Made by a program: the position numbers and the translations under genes. A stretch of 64,000 nt of DNA from Octopus bimaculoides (Eukaryota). The notes below the pieces were generated by a model that saw only the letters and a program-made list of their open reading frames with translations, was not told where the DNA came from and made no database searches. The DNA is taken from NCBI RefSeq assembly GCF_001194135.2, contig NC_068984.1, forward strand, positions 8,807,250-8,871,249. Reading direction: 5' to 3'. Shown in pieces: positions 13,831 to 25,407 of this stretch (the stretch's first letter is position 1; the number at the start of each line of letters is the position of its first letter).

Positions 13831-13934
13831 GTAAGACCAATATAATGCACCAGCGTGTGTTTGAGTTTGTCTATGCGCGTGTAGATATCCATAAGTGCAT
13901 GGGGCTGCATTTATTTGAGTATATATTTACGTAT

Positions 13935-13952
13935 GTATATATATATATATAT

Positions 13953-14009
<57 letters not shown>

Positions 14010-14010
14010 C

Positions 14011-14047
<37 letters not shown>

Positions 14048-14053
14048 TGTACG

Positions 14054-14150
<97 letters not shown>
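13935..14150. repeat. (TA)n(GATA)n(TA)n microsatellite
   Basis: Direct reading. Confidence 0.95.
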
Positions 14151-14588
14151 ATATTTATATGTATACACACATGCACACTTACAAATACACATATTGTAAT
14201 TAGAATACGAATTCTGCTTTAGAGATGCATATTCGTCTGTATGTGCAAGTGTTTGCACATAATTGCGCACATATTGACACGGCTGAATGGGAGGATGTTC
14301 GATTCAGAATTAAGAAGGCGCACGTTCAATCCCACTAATGGCAACGTGTGATCGAATCGATTTTATTGTTCAATCGATAACCTATCTAGCATAGAGATGT
14401 ATGATGTTGAACCAGTATTAGAAATCAATATTTATTACTTAAATTAAAAGATTATATAACAGGTGAAGGTATGATTTCTATAACAGCGCTAAACAAGGCA
14501 GAAGAGAGCATTAAAAAATTGCTATTCTTACTCAGGGTTACAACATCGTATAAAATTGGTGATGTGGGCTGAGACTTGTAGATAAGTA

Positions 14589-14627
<39 letters not shown>

Positions 14628-15169
14628 TGTACTCTCAGCTAAGCGCTGAGAGAGTCCACACGAACATGGAGATTTCAGCAACACGCCGCTACGCCGATGA
14701 CGGCGGAGATAGAATCAACCTGGTCATTTAATATGGCACCCTCCCTATCACCACAAGAGTTATGAATAATGTGACATGGTATTGGTGTTTGTGTTTGGGT
14801 TTCCTGGAAAAAACTGCTTGATGAAATTTATCATCGGGGGCATGGTTTGTGTAGAACCAATTCCATTCCTTCCTTCTCCGAATCTGAATTTGTCTGGTGC
14901 AACAAGTACCACAAGACAAGTAGTTTAGTTATCAGGATACAAGTTATATATGGAGTCCCCTTCTTTTAGATGAACAGCTAAAGAACTGCTCACCTGTGCT
15001 GGGATCTTTAGCGTGTGTGTTTGATTGACCTACTTCCGAAAGCATTTCTATGATATGCTAATCAACAGACAGCTGGGACCCTGACAAAATGCTACTGCTC
15101 CGGATCAGACCTCGGTATTATAGCATACTATTGTTGCCCACTTGAAGTAAAATTGTCGTATATTCAATT

Positions 15170-15396
15170 ACTCTTTACTCTTTACTCTTTTACTTGTCTC
15201 AGTCATTTGACTGCGGCCATGCTGGAGCACCGCCTTTAGTCGAGCAAATCGACCCCAGGACTTATTCTTTGGAAGCCTAGTACTTATTCTATCGGTTTCT
15301 TTTGCCGAACCGCTAAGTTAGGGGTCATAAACACACCAGCATCGATTGTCAAGCGAGGGGGGAACCAAACACAGACACACACACACNNNNNNNNNN

Positions 15397-15431
<35 letters not shown>

Positions 15432-15598
15432 TACAACGGGCTTCTTTCAGTTTCTGTCTACCAAATCCACTCACAAGGCTTTGGTCGGCCCGAGGCTATA
15501 GTAGTAGACACTTGCCCAGGGTGCCACGCAGTGGGACTGAACCCGGACCCATGTGGCTGGTAAGCAAGCTACTTACCACACAGCCACTCCTGCGCCTA
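15170..15598 (-). mobile_element. SINE family A, near full length with tandem tail
   Basis: Complete head, internal (TA)/(TG) tract and (TACTCTT)n tail as read on the plus strand. Confidence 0.92.
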
Positions 15599-16039
15599 TA
15601 TATTTTTATAATATATTCACTAATGTAAAAGATGAAGTTTGTTATATATAGCTCTCATGTTGGTTGAAGTTTGTTCCTCTTGTCCCCTTGACTACGTTTG
15701 TTTGAAGAATGGTTTCATCTGAACAGTGGGTGGACACACTGTGATGAAGGGTGAGTAAGAGAGGGTAAGATTGCGATACCATTTATGTTGCAAATGATGT
15801 GAAAAGATTTTGTGAGATGCGTTCTAGTGTCTCATACATTCAGCTTCATAACCTCAGCTTTTTTAAAATTTCTAAGCAAATATTACATACAGGTATAGGT
15901 ACAGGAATGGTTGTGTGGTTAATGCGTTCGCTTTGTAACCGCCTGGTTTCGAGTTCCAACCCACTGCGCGTAAAGTAGATAAATGTCTTCCAGTATAGCT
16001 TCGGACCATGCAATGCTTTCTTGGCGGAAAAAATATGAA

Positions 16040-16252
16040 TTCTTTAGACCAGGTCCAGAATAGTACTGGACGAGTATTTTTCTACACGGACAAATGAATT
16101 TTGGAAGAGAGGCTCGCAAATCTACCAGGTAGCTTGGAGGAGCATTGTAGAAAATGGAGGAGAGTATATTAGATTAGAAAAGAATTTTGTTTATCTTAAT
16201 TTTGAAAAATAAAAGAAGTATAAAAAACCGCATTTTTTATGGGATGACCCAG
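16040..16252 (+). mobile_element. Mariner 3' end with TIR
   Basis: Reads ..EFWKRG..AWRSIVENGGEYI, then ends TTTTATGGGATGACCCAG followed by TA. Confidence 0.65.
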
Positions 16253-17019
16253 TATATATGTATATGTATATATATATACACACAGTGAGAGAGAGGCGGG
16301 GATGTTACAAATATCTATATCTTTAGATTATATACATAGATATTATTTATTTGCGTCTATGTGTGTACATTTGCCTCTCGTTCTTTGTGTAGATGTGTAC
16401 ATATTTTTCTATGCGTACCAGCAGACTAAATAAATGTTTACCATATCTGGATATCTGGACATACATAAGCATCTAAATATTAAACAAAAATAAATAAGAC
16501 ACATTGATTTCTTTTTTTGTATCTGAAACAAAATCCAATATCTTTGTTTTATCTTCTCTACATATATTATCGTCATATATCTACATATGCAGCTAAGTAA
16601 ATATGAAAACAATTATAGATATGTTTGGGAAATGTAGCATTGTTATATAAACAAGTTAATGCGGCGAATTGGTAGAGTCGTTAGAACCCGGCAATGCTTG
16701 TTCTGTTTCACTGAGTCCAGGGTTCAAATTTCATCTCGGTCATCTTTACTTTTCATCAAAACTGGGTCGATAAATTACTTGCTGGTGTCTAGTGGCTGTG
16801 TTGGACTCATGAGCATACTGTAGTAGGTTCTATTCCCAGACAATATGACGTACTGTATCCTTGAGCAAGAGACTTCCTTTCACGTCACTGCAGTCTACTC
16901 AGCCATCTCGCCTCGCTCCAGCTGTAACAACCTGGGTGTGTCACTAGGTGAAGGTTAGGTGGGCCTATAGGATGGGTATGTAGGTGGTGGTTCTTTAAAG
17001 AAGAGCGGGAGGGGAATAA

Positions 17020-17330
17020 GAGGACGAAGGAAAGAAAACGGGGAAGAAAGAAGGAAAAGGAGGAGGGGAGGAGAAGCAGTAGAAGGAGAATGCCAATAGG
17101 AAAGAGGAGGATGAGGAGAAGGGGGAAAGGGTGAAGGAAAAGTAGAAGAAGATTAACAACAACAGTGGAGAATAGGTAGCGGAGGTGAAGAAAGGAAAAC
17201 ATGGAAGAAAGAAGGAAAAGGAGGTGGATAAGAGGGGAAGCGGGGGAGAAGCAAGAGACGGAGGACAACAAAGAGGAGGAAAGGGAGAGGGGAAAGAAGA
17301 GGGGAGAGAGAAGAAGAAGAAGAAATATCT
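17020..17330. repeat. Purine-rich (GGA/GAA) low-complexity tract
   Basis: Almost exclusively A/G on the plus strand. Confidence 0.85.
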
Positions 17331-17339
17331 TCAAGGTAT

Positions 17340-17520
17340 AGGCGTAGGTATAGTTGTAGGAGTGGCTGTGTGGTAAGTAGCTTGCTTACCAGCCACATTG
17401 TTCCGTGTTCAGTCCCACTGCGTGGCACCTTGGTCAAGTGTCTTCTACTATAGCCTTGGACCGACCAAAGCCGTGTGAGTTCATTTGGTAGACAGAAACT
17501 GAAAGAAGCCCGTCGTGTAT
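17340..17520 (+). mobile_element. SINE family A 5' half
   Basis: Head through GAAAGAAGCCCGTCG. Confidence 0.88.
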
Positions 17521-17967
17521 ATGTATATATATATATATATATAAATATATATATAATTATTATAAAATATGGTAATTAATCATATATTAATTAATATCGA
17601 TTAATTATCAGGAGGCCAGCACATCTAAAGAATCAAAGAGATTCAGAAATAATATCTGCAATCTCAGGGGATTAAGGTACATTTTTAAAAATAACGTTGA
17701 CCACTAACGTGGACAATTAATGTGCTAGAAATAGATCACATCTTGTGACTATTAAGACCTAAATTGCTCTCAACATGAAATATAGCAGCATACCAAAACG
17801 TTGNNNNNNNNNNNNNNNNNNNNNNNNNNNNNNNNNNNNNNNNNNNNNNNNNNNNNNNNNNNNNNNNNNNNNNNNNNNNNNNNNNNNNNNNNNNNNNNNN
17901 NNNNNNNNNNNNNNNNNNNNNNNNNNNNNNNNNNNNNNNNNNNNNNNNNNNNNNNNNNNNNNNNNNN

Positions 17968-17999
<32 letters not shown>

Positions 18000-18002
<3 letters not shown>

Positions 18003-18146
18003 GTGTGTGTGTGTGTGTGTTTGTCCTCCCAATATTGCTTGACAACCGATGCTTGTGTGTTTACGTCCCCGTAACTTAGCGGTTCGGCTAAAGAGACCGA
18101 TAGAATAAGTACTAGGCTTACACAGAATAAGTCCTGGGGTCAAGTA
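18000..18146 (+). mobile_element. SINE family A 3' half
   Basis: TTTGTCCTCCC..CGTAACTTAGCGGTTCGGC..CCTGGGGTC, following a gap. Confidence 0.85.
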
Positions 18147-18462
18147 AAAGAGAGTAAGCTAAATGGTAAATATTTTAAGGCATCAATCTGTTTTTCGAAA
18201 TGTCTCGAAATTCCGTGTAGAATCCTCACTGATGCAGGTGGACACCAGGCGTCGCTCTACTCTTCTTCTAACCGCCTAGTTATTGATAAAGTCACTCTAA
18301 TTAAGGTCTTGTATTTTCAGGTGGAATCTACTGTAAAAAGCGACCATTTTCCTGGCTGCTTTTCAAGAGCTATATTTCGCGTTCGTGTTGTAAGACATCA
18401 GTTTGTTTGCCAGAGTGTCTGGTAAAATATTATGTGAAAAGTCAAGGTTACTTTGTACAGAT

Positions 18463-18797
18463 CAGTGGTTTACAACGGGGTCCATATGACCTTTGAGGGT
18501 TTGCATTAGATTTGGGGGTTCCACGCAACAAAATACTAAATTGGTGATCTACATAAGTATTTGAAGGGCACCTGAAAGAATCTGCATTAAATGTATTTAT
18601 TGGTATGTATTGTAGCTCGGTTTCTCTAGCATTTTACAGAGTTCAACCTACACAAATTAATGTGTGGAAATCAAAATAGGAATTATGAAAGAAGTTTCTA
18701 TAAAACTAGTTTTTAAACATCGAATTGCTATGGGGGTTCACCAGAATGAAATAGTAATCGAAGGGGTCCATAAATATAAAATGGTTGAGAAAACCTG
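18463..18797. mobile_element. hAT (Charlie/MER5-like) MITE, old
   Basis: Termini CAGTGGTTTACAAC and GGTTGAGAAAACCTG resemble the CAGTGGTTCTCAACC TIR type. The 8-bp flanks do not match, so no TSD is confirmed. Confidence 0.55.
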
Positions 18798-18907
18798 ATG
18801 TAGACGGTGATATTAAAATTGTTTATTGCTCCGGTTGAACACCGGCTTCACCTATCGTGATGTATATTCAGCCAGCGAGAGATCCGCCACTAGGAATCCG
18901 TGGCATA

Positions 18908-19773
18908 CGAGGTCTGATCAATAAGTATCCGGACTGTTACCATAGTAACGACGCTAAAATACGCAGATTAAAGCCGCTTGGCACAGATTGCTCTTGAACT
19001 CTGCTGTGCAGGCGCACTAAGTTTTTACGTTCTAGCTAACTTCCATTGTTTACAGAAGTGCTTGGAAGGAAGGTGTGTAGTGTGTGATCGTCGCATTGAA
19101 CATGACAGAGAAAGTTGTTATGGTGATACTTGCTCAGAGGCCTACACAAACTTACAGAAAGTGTATGGAGAGAAGTGTATGAGGCGCATACAAATATACG
19201 ACTGGTTCAGACGTTTCCAAGATGACTGAAAAAATATCGATATTGACGAACGTTCTGAGAGAACCGCACCTAGCAGAACTGAGATAAACATCACAGATGT
19301 GCGTGCAGCTGTGAGGGGAAATCTTCGAATCACAATTCGTGAGTTGTCAGAGTTAGTGCAGATTAGCTACGGTTCTGTTCAGTCCGTTATTACTGAATAT
19401 TGGGTTTGTGCCAAAACTGTTTTCAGCTTACCAAACTCGGGTTTCAGTTGCACAAAATCTCCTTGATTGTGTCGAAAACGATGAAAACGTTTTGAAAACT
19501 TTGCGTAGGCCTCTGAGCAGGGATTGCCAAGCTTTTGGCAAAATTTGATGCAAAATCTCTGCTCAACATTTTTTGTTTGTGTCAACGCGACGATCACACG
19601 TTACATACGTTCGTTTCAAGCACTGCTGTAAACAATGGAAGTGAGCAAGGAAGTTAAAACTTTGTGCGCATGCACAGCTATGTTCAAGGTCAATCTGTGT
19701 CAAGCAGTATTTCTCTCCGTGCTTTAGCTTTGTTACTATAGCAACAGTCCGGATACTTATTGATCAGACGACG
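18908..19773 (+). mobile_element. Non-autonomous mariner with TA TSD and duplicated inverted 5' end
   Basis: TIR GTCTGATCAATAAGTATCCGGACTGTT at both ends with TA flanks. The transposase N-terminus runs on plus (IYDWFRRF, ITIRELS, VAQNLLDCVENDENVLKT), and an inverted start (EQRFCIKFCQKLG) lies on minus. Confidence 0.92.
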
Positions 19774-19984
19774 TATTTAGAATTTTCAGTTCACGAGAGT
19801 AAAGGTACTTCCTCAAATCACACCCCTTTAGAAAAGGTCACTTTAAATAACATGGCTCCTTGTTCTCTCCATTTAGACAAATAGACGGGGTTGTCACGGT
19901 TGGGATGTCTTTGATGATGAGCCTGCTCAAGTAGGAATGAGTTGTAGTTTAATGACAACAACAAGAACAACACCAGCAACCAGC

Positions 19985-20420
19985 TTTATATATCATGACG
20001 TCAGTTCAGTTAAGCGGTGCTTCGAAATGCTGGATAAAACAGCAAACAACCTTTTTCAAAACAGTTACAAAATGAAGGACTCCTTTTCACAACCATCGGA
20101 GCGAGAAGCGCTCTTCACGAATGCAGTTCGTCAGCTGGTTGTGATCTGTAAACAGTTTTGAGTAGGAACCGGAAAAAGAAGAATGAACACGCGATGCGCA
20201 TGTGCACACTGAGTTCATGAAACGGAAGAGAAGAATAAAAACGTAATGCGCATGTCAAAATAAACCAGATGAGAAGAATCAAACCACTTATATGTTAGTC
20301 TGAATGCTGCGCCTGACACCATTATCAAGCAGCTTTGCTACTTGTCAATAATATGGTCATAGATACACAAAAGAAGCAGAGAGTCGCGGCCGGAAACATG
20401 TTTCATTTCAGAACCGGAAG
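19985..20420. promoter_or_regulatory. Candidate promoter-like motif cluster
   Basis: TGACGTCA at 19996-20003 next to TATATAAA (minus); CCGGAA at 20169, 20390 and 20414; TGCGCATG at 20195 and 20247, all in non-repetitive sequence. Confidence 0.3.
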
Positions 20421-21344
20421 CAAACAGTAACTCCAGCGACAGCATCAACCATGATTTTTTTTTTTAATACTTCATTATTTTTGTGCTTCAGTTGCAACCA
20501 CATCTCTAACATCACCCTTACTACTTCTAATCCTGTCACAACAACAACAGCAATAATTACAACCAATGCTGTTGCTACTGTTGTTGTTGTTGCTCTTTGA
20601 CGTAGAGAGAAACGTTGAGATTTCTGTGTTATAAATTATAATTGCTGTCTTCCGATAAATGTTGGTCAACAATTGCAATATCCAGCAGTTAGCAAAGCAG
20701 AATGCAATTCAATAATTTTAGTTTACCTTCTTTCTCTTCCCCACTTTTCTCCCTCTCTCTTTCGCTCTTTCTCTCTTCATGTTTCTATTTTTCCCTCTTT
20801 ACAGAGTAGCCTAGTAATAGTTATAACAGAAACTGCATTCAAACTCATGTATGAGAATAACGAAGACGAAAATCCTAAACGATATGAAAGGGTGAATGAC
20901 TTAGTTACATGCAAGGTGAAGTTAGTTGCTATAAAACAGCGATTAGATACTTAGAGATAGCTTTGCAAATGGTCACAGACAGAGACAGTAAACGCTATGT
21001 GCAGTGAGAAAGCGACGATGGATAAGAAAATACGCCACTTCAGACATTGAATTTCAACTCTTGAAACTGTTACAGTATCACAAATTGTATTGATCGTAAC
21101 TTGGATGTCTGTGAGTTTTGCTATTTGTTTATTTGTTTGTTTAACATTTTTTTCTCCATTACTTCGTTCAATATTCGTATAAAACTAAAACTGCATAGAA
21201 TCGTCCATATGTGGGTGTATTGTTCAGAAAACTGTGTATTGTAACAACACATTGAAATGTGCAGATTCTAAATGGATTCGAAACCCTTTATAGAACGACT
21301 GAATTATAAATATGTCCAACGCAATTCAGTCACGATATATTACT

Positions 21345-21395
<51 letters not shown>

Positions 21396-21570
21396 CTATC
21401 TATCTTCGATCGTTGACTGGACTTATTTAACTTCATTAATGCTATCTTTTAAAATTAATTTCTTGCATGATTATAAAGTCTAAATAATTCCGTTGTTTTT
21501 TGTTATGACGGAAAGTGGTGGGTGGCATTATATCGATCTTGTAATTGATTGGTAATATTTTATCCAGCTT

Positions 21571-21790
21571 AGGGCGGTGAGCTGGCAGAATGGTTAACCC
21601 GCTGGGCAAAATGCTTATCGGCATTTCGTCCGTCTTTACGTTCCGATTTCAAATTTCGTTGAGGTCGACTTTGCCATTCATCCTCTCGGGGGTCGTTAAA
21701 ATATGTACCAGTTGAGCACTGGTGTTGATATAATTGACTTACTCCCAACCACGAAATTGCTAGCTTTGTGCCAAATTTTGGAATCAGTGG
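21571..21790 (+). mobile_element. SINE family B (B2 tail), diverged
   Basis: GAGCTGGCAGAA head and GAGGTCGACTTTGCC..TCATCC core. Confidence 0.85.
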
Positions 21791-23664
21791 GATGTGAATA
21801 CAGAACGGGAGAGGATATTTCAGGAAACCTTTGTACATCGCTGGATTGATTTTACCAACGAAAGATCCAAACATCCACTATTATCATCTTATTAATACCA
21901 CAAATAAATTTATTTGCAGTTAAATGGAATTATATGCAACGTTAAATATGGCCAACATAAGATGGCATCAGTCGAAATACTTCTCAGCATTTAGTTTCTT
22001 CTGTTTTATTCCAAAAAATGTGTCGATCCTTAAGTATTTTAAACGGTAGATAAAGATCAGCAAATCATTTTACTAGTTCTATGAGGATTCTGTTCTGAGA
22101 AATAAAATCTATTTGTGTCCGTTAAAGTATACCAACTAGGGTTGATGAAGGAGTAGGAGTGATGCACGAAAGTTACACAATTACATGATACATGCATACA
22201 TGTGTTTGTGTGTGTGTAGTTCTATTCGGTTCTGAACAAGAATATACAACGATATCAGCATTGTTTGCATTGTAAAGCTTAAATAAAATGTAGTATTTTT
22301 AATAGAAACAAAAAAAAGAAGGGTTGTGCATAAAATGAAGTAATATTTATTTAAGCAGGTTTTTAAACTATGAATATGGCATCTGTTGACGAGTAGTCAT
22401 GTGATCTTATTGCCTGATCAGATTTGTATATTTGCATACAAGGTTTAGTTCAACACCGTATACAATTCGGGCGTGGTTGTTGCAGAAGTACAGTACAAAC
22501 GTAACACATAGAGGCACCGCTGAATTAACTATTTAACAAAATAAGTACGTGCTTAGAGCACCAAGGGAAGTAGAGGTACCAGAGAAATGGTAAATGGTGT
22601 ACAGCACAACAGAAATCACTTTAAACTACTTGCTCAAATAATATGCAGCATGTCTTATCTCTAAGTTTAGAAGTAGATCTGTTAGGCATGATGAATTTTG
22701 AGGATCTGATCAAAACTTTGTAATTAAAAAGGTATAAGAATTTTTTTTTAATATAAATGAAGTGGAACTATACAAAAATAGATATTATTTTCTATCTTAC
22801 TGTTATATTTCGTTTTGAAAAATAAATATTCATTTTATGGTTTATTGTTGTTTATATCTTGTGAGCGTTTAGGGCCTTTATCGGTTTTAATACTACCCTG
22901 TATAGAGGCGTCATCTCCTGCGCTTCATACGTCTGGCGCCTGTTTTCCTGACAGGGGGGGCGGAGTTCGATATTTATTGGGATATAGAGATTCTATTGAA
23001 GGCTGTCTACAAGGCGATGTAATATAGGAATTAAACTGGAATACAGCAGCCTCTCTGAATTAACATGTAAGTGTTGTATTTAAATCCCTTCATAATAATA
23101 TGAAATCAATATCGCGTTGTATTTTCAAATAACCCACCAACCACCTAACCGTGTTACAAGATCGGTAAATCAATGTGTTATTTATATAATGGTTCGATTC
23201 TTCTGACAATTCTCTTCCATTCATCCATCCATTTTCTCCGCCCACTATTTCTACGAGAATCATGCGTGTAGAGGTTACAAACATCTCTTCGACAGGCACC
23301 TCTCAAAAGCAATCGTCATCACACTTTTCTTTCCGAGTTACTAAAGCCTGCTCCTTCCTGGACCTGCTTCGAGTTTCTAGGACACTTATCCTTTGTGGTC
23401 CCACCGCAAGCCTCTCAGTATAAGCTGCAAGTTTATTGCTGGTTTCAGCAACATTGGGTGAAGACTGTAATATATTTTTCGAATGAAGCCCCTCTACCTA
23501 ACATTCGAACATGTCTTTTGTTAACCTGTGCGAGGGATGATGCAGAATTATCATTCTTTCAAACACTTTCAAATTGCAGCTTTTGATGGTCCTATTCCCA
23601 CCAGACACCAAGATAGTACACTATTTACGTTTTTCGGATATTTATCCTCATCTTGTTTGTTGTT

Positions 23665-23710
23665 AGCACAACGTTTCGGCTGATATACCCTCCAGCCTTC
23701 ATCAGGTGTC
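23665..23710 (-). ncRNA. Minimal type I hammerhead ribozyme motif (Penelope/retrozyme type)
   Basis: GACAC-CTGATGA-A-GGCTG(10 nt)CAGCC-GAAA-CGT-T-GTGCT: intact core, 5-bp stem II, palindromic ACGU stem III and partial stem I. Confidence 0.7.
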
Positions 23711-23917
23711 TGGGTGTAAATAATGTACCTGATTCCTCGTCTCTTAAATATAGAACTGTATTACCAAGGTAGTCGTTGTTTTGGATCCACTTTCAATTGT
23801 TGTTTCAAGTATAAATTTGCTTTGGGTCAGTGAAGGAAAATCAAAGAAGAGTATGAAGTAGTGAAAGAGAGGCAGACGACTTTCGGGCTAATGTGTTAAA
23901 ATATAGGTAACGGTACG

Positions 23918-24160
23918 TGGCCTAGTGGTTAAGCATGTTGCATTACGATCCTGAGATCGAGGTTTCGATTCCCTGACAGACTGCGCGTTGTGTTCTTAAG
24001 CAAGGCACTTTATTTCACCATGCTCCAGTCCACTCAGTGGTGGGGGTGGGGAATGTCGGCCTGCTCCACCAGCCATCGGAGTAGCATCATTCAAATGCTA
24101 AAACGATGCAAAGTGCATTGTATAACAACATTCAATAGTATGGTCGATCACGTGATCACC
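23918..24160 (+). mobile_element. SINE family E
   Basis: TGGCCTAGTGG A box, GGTTTCGATTCC B box, then GTTGTGTTCTTAAGCAAGGCAC. Confidence 0.75.
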
Positions 24161-25088
24161 TAGTGTTAAAATATACAATTTCGCTCTCTACGATTCTCAA
24201 TTAAACTACATCTATTAAGCGAACCCGGTTATACCAGACTTAAATGCTTTATACTAGCGACTCGGTAAAGGGCAATTAACTTTTCAGTTGGTAGTTCGTT
24301 ATTCTATTCAATCGAATTTCGTTCTGCCTACCTCACATCAAAATAGTAAAGCTAGCAATAAAATGACAAAAAATAAAGAAAGAGGATAAAGAGTTGCGCT
24401 GATATATTTATAAATGCTTTCTTTATCGTTAGCGTTTACTTTCTGTTATTCGTTTCGCTGCTATGCAGCAGTTTTTGAAAATGAAACAAATCCGATAATC
24501 CGATGCCCCCTAACTCATTGGTTATCAAAATAATAAGCATATTGAAACAATGCCAAAATTAGGATGTTTAAATTTTTGATATATTCAAGGGCCCTATATT
24601 GTAAGATATATATCAAGGATTTCGAAATGCGCAGTAATGGAGACATATTGGACGTTAGCCAACTGAAGGCAGTGTGGAAATATACATAAATCTCTGAAGT
24701 TTGCTTTTAGTTAACGTATACTATATACATTAACAGTTGAAACAGTAAATAATTTGTTCAATTCTAAAATCAATTCTTCCTTTCACTCTGGTTTGCTTGT
24801 TAACTAAACAGATCTACTTTCATCACTTAATGCACCTAGAAGTTGTTTCACCCGTTGACGGTCAATTAGAATCAAATAAAGTAGTCTACAAATTGTCTGC
24901 ATTTCTGTTCCGCTATCACAGAGACGAGCTCCGTATTAATCATGAAATATATATTACTTCAATATATTTGGTTTTGATATGAGAAAATTTCGTTGCCTCC
25001 CCAAAGGCAACGAACTGATACAGACGAGACGGTTAAATGGTTCACGAAAGTCCAGTTCTCCTGTCATTCAATAACATTATATAACAGT

Positions 25089-25151
<63 letters not shown>

Positions 25152-25181
25152 AGAGAAAGAGAGACAGAGACAGAGACAAAC

Positions 25182-25226
<45 letters not shown>
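25089..25226. repeat. (GATA)n microsatellite
   Basis: Direct reading. Confidence 0.95.
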
Positions 25227-25373
25227 TTAACAAAATCAAAAAAAACTTGCCTTCGTAGTCACTGATAGCATTTTCTTTGTGAACGTTTAATAAAGGTGTA
25301 CTATTTAGTTTAATGTTAAAATGTTTTATATACAACGATATCGAATATTACTACAAATGTCAATACACACACA

Positions 25374-25407
<34 letters not shown>

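Noticed and set aside
23250-23610. Possible very old LINE 3' fragment
   Set aside because: No motif I could identify with confidence.
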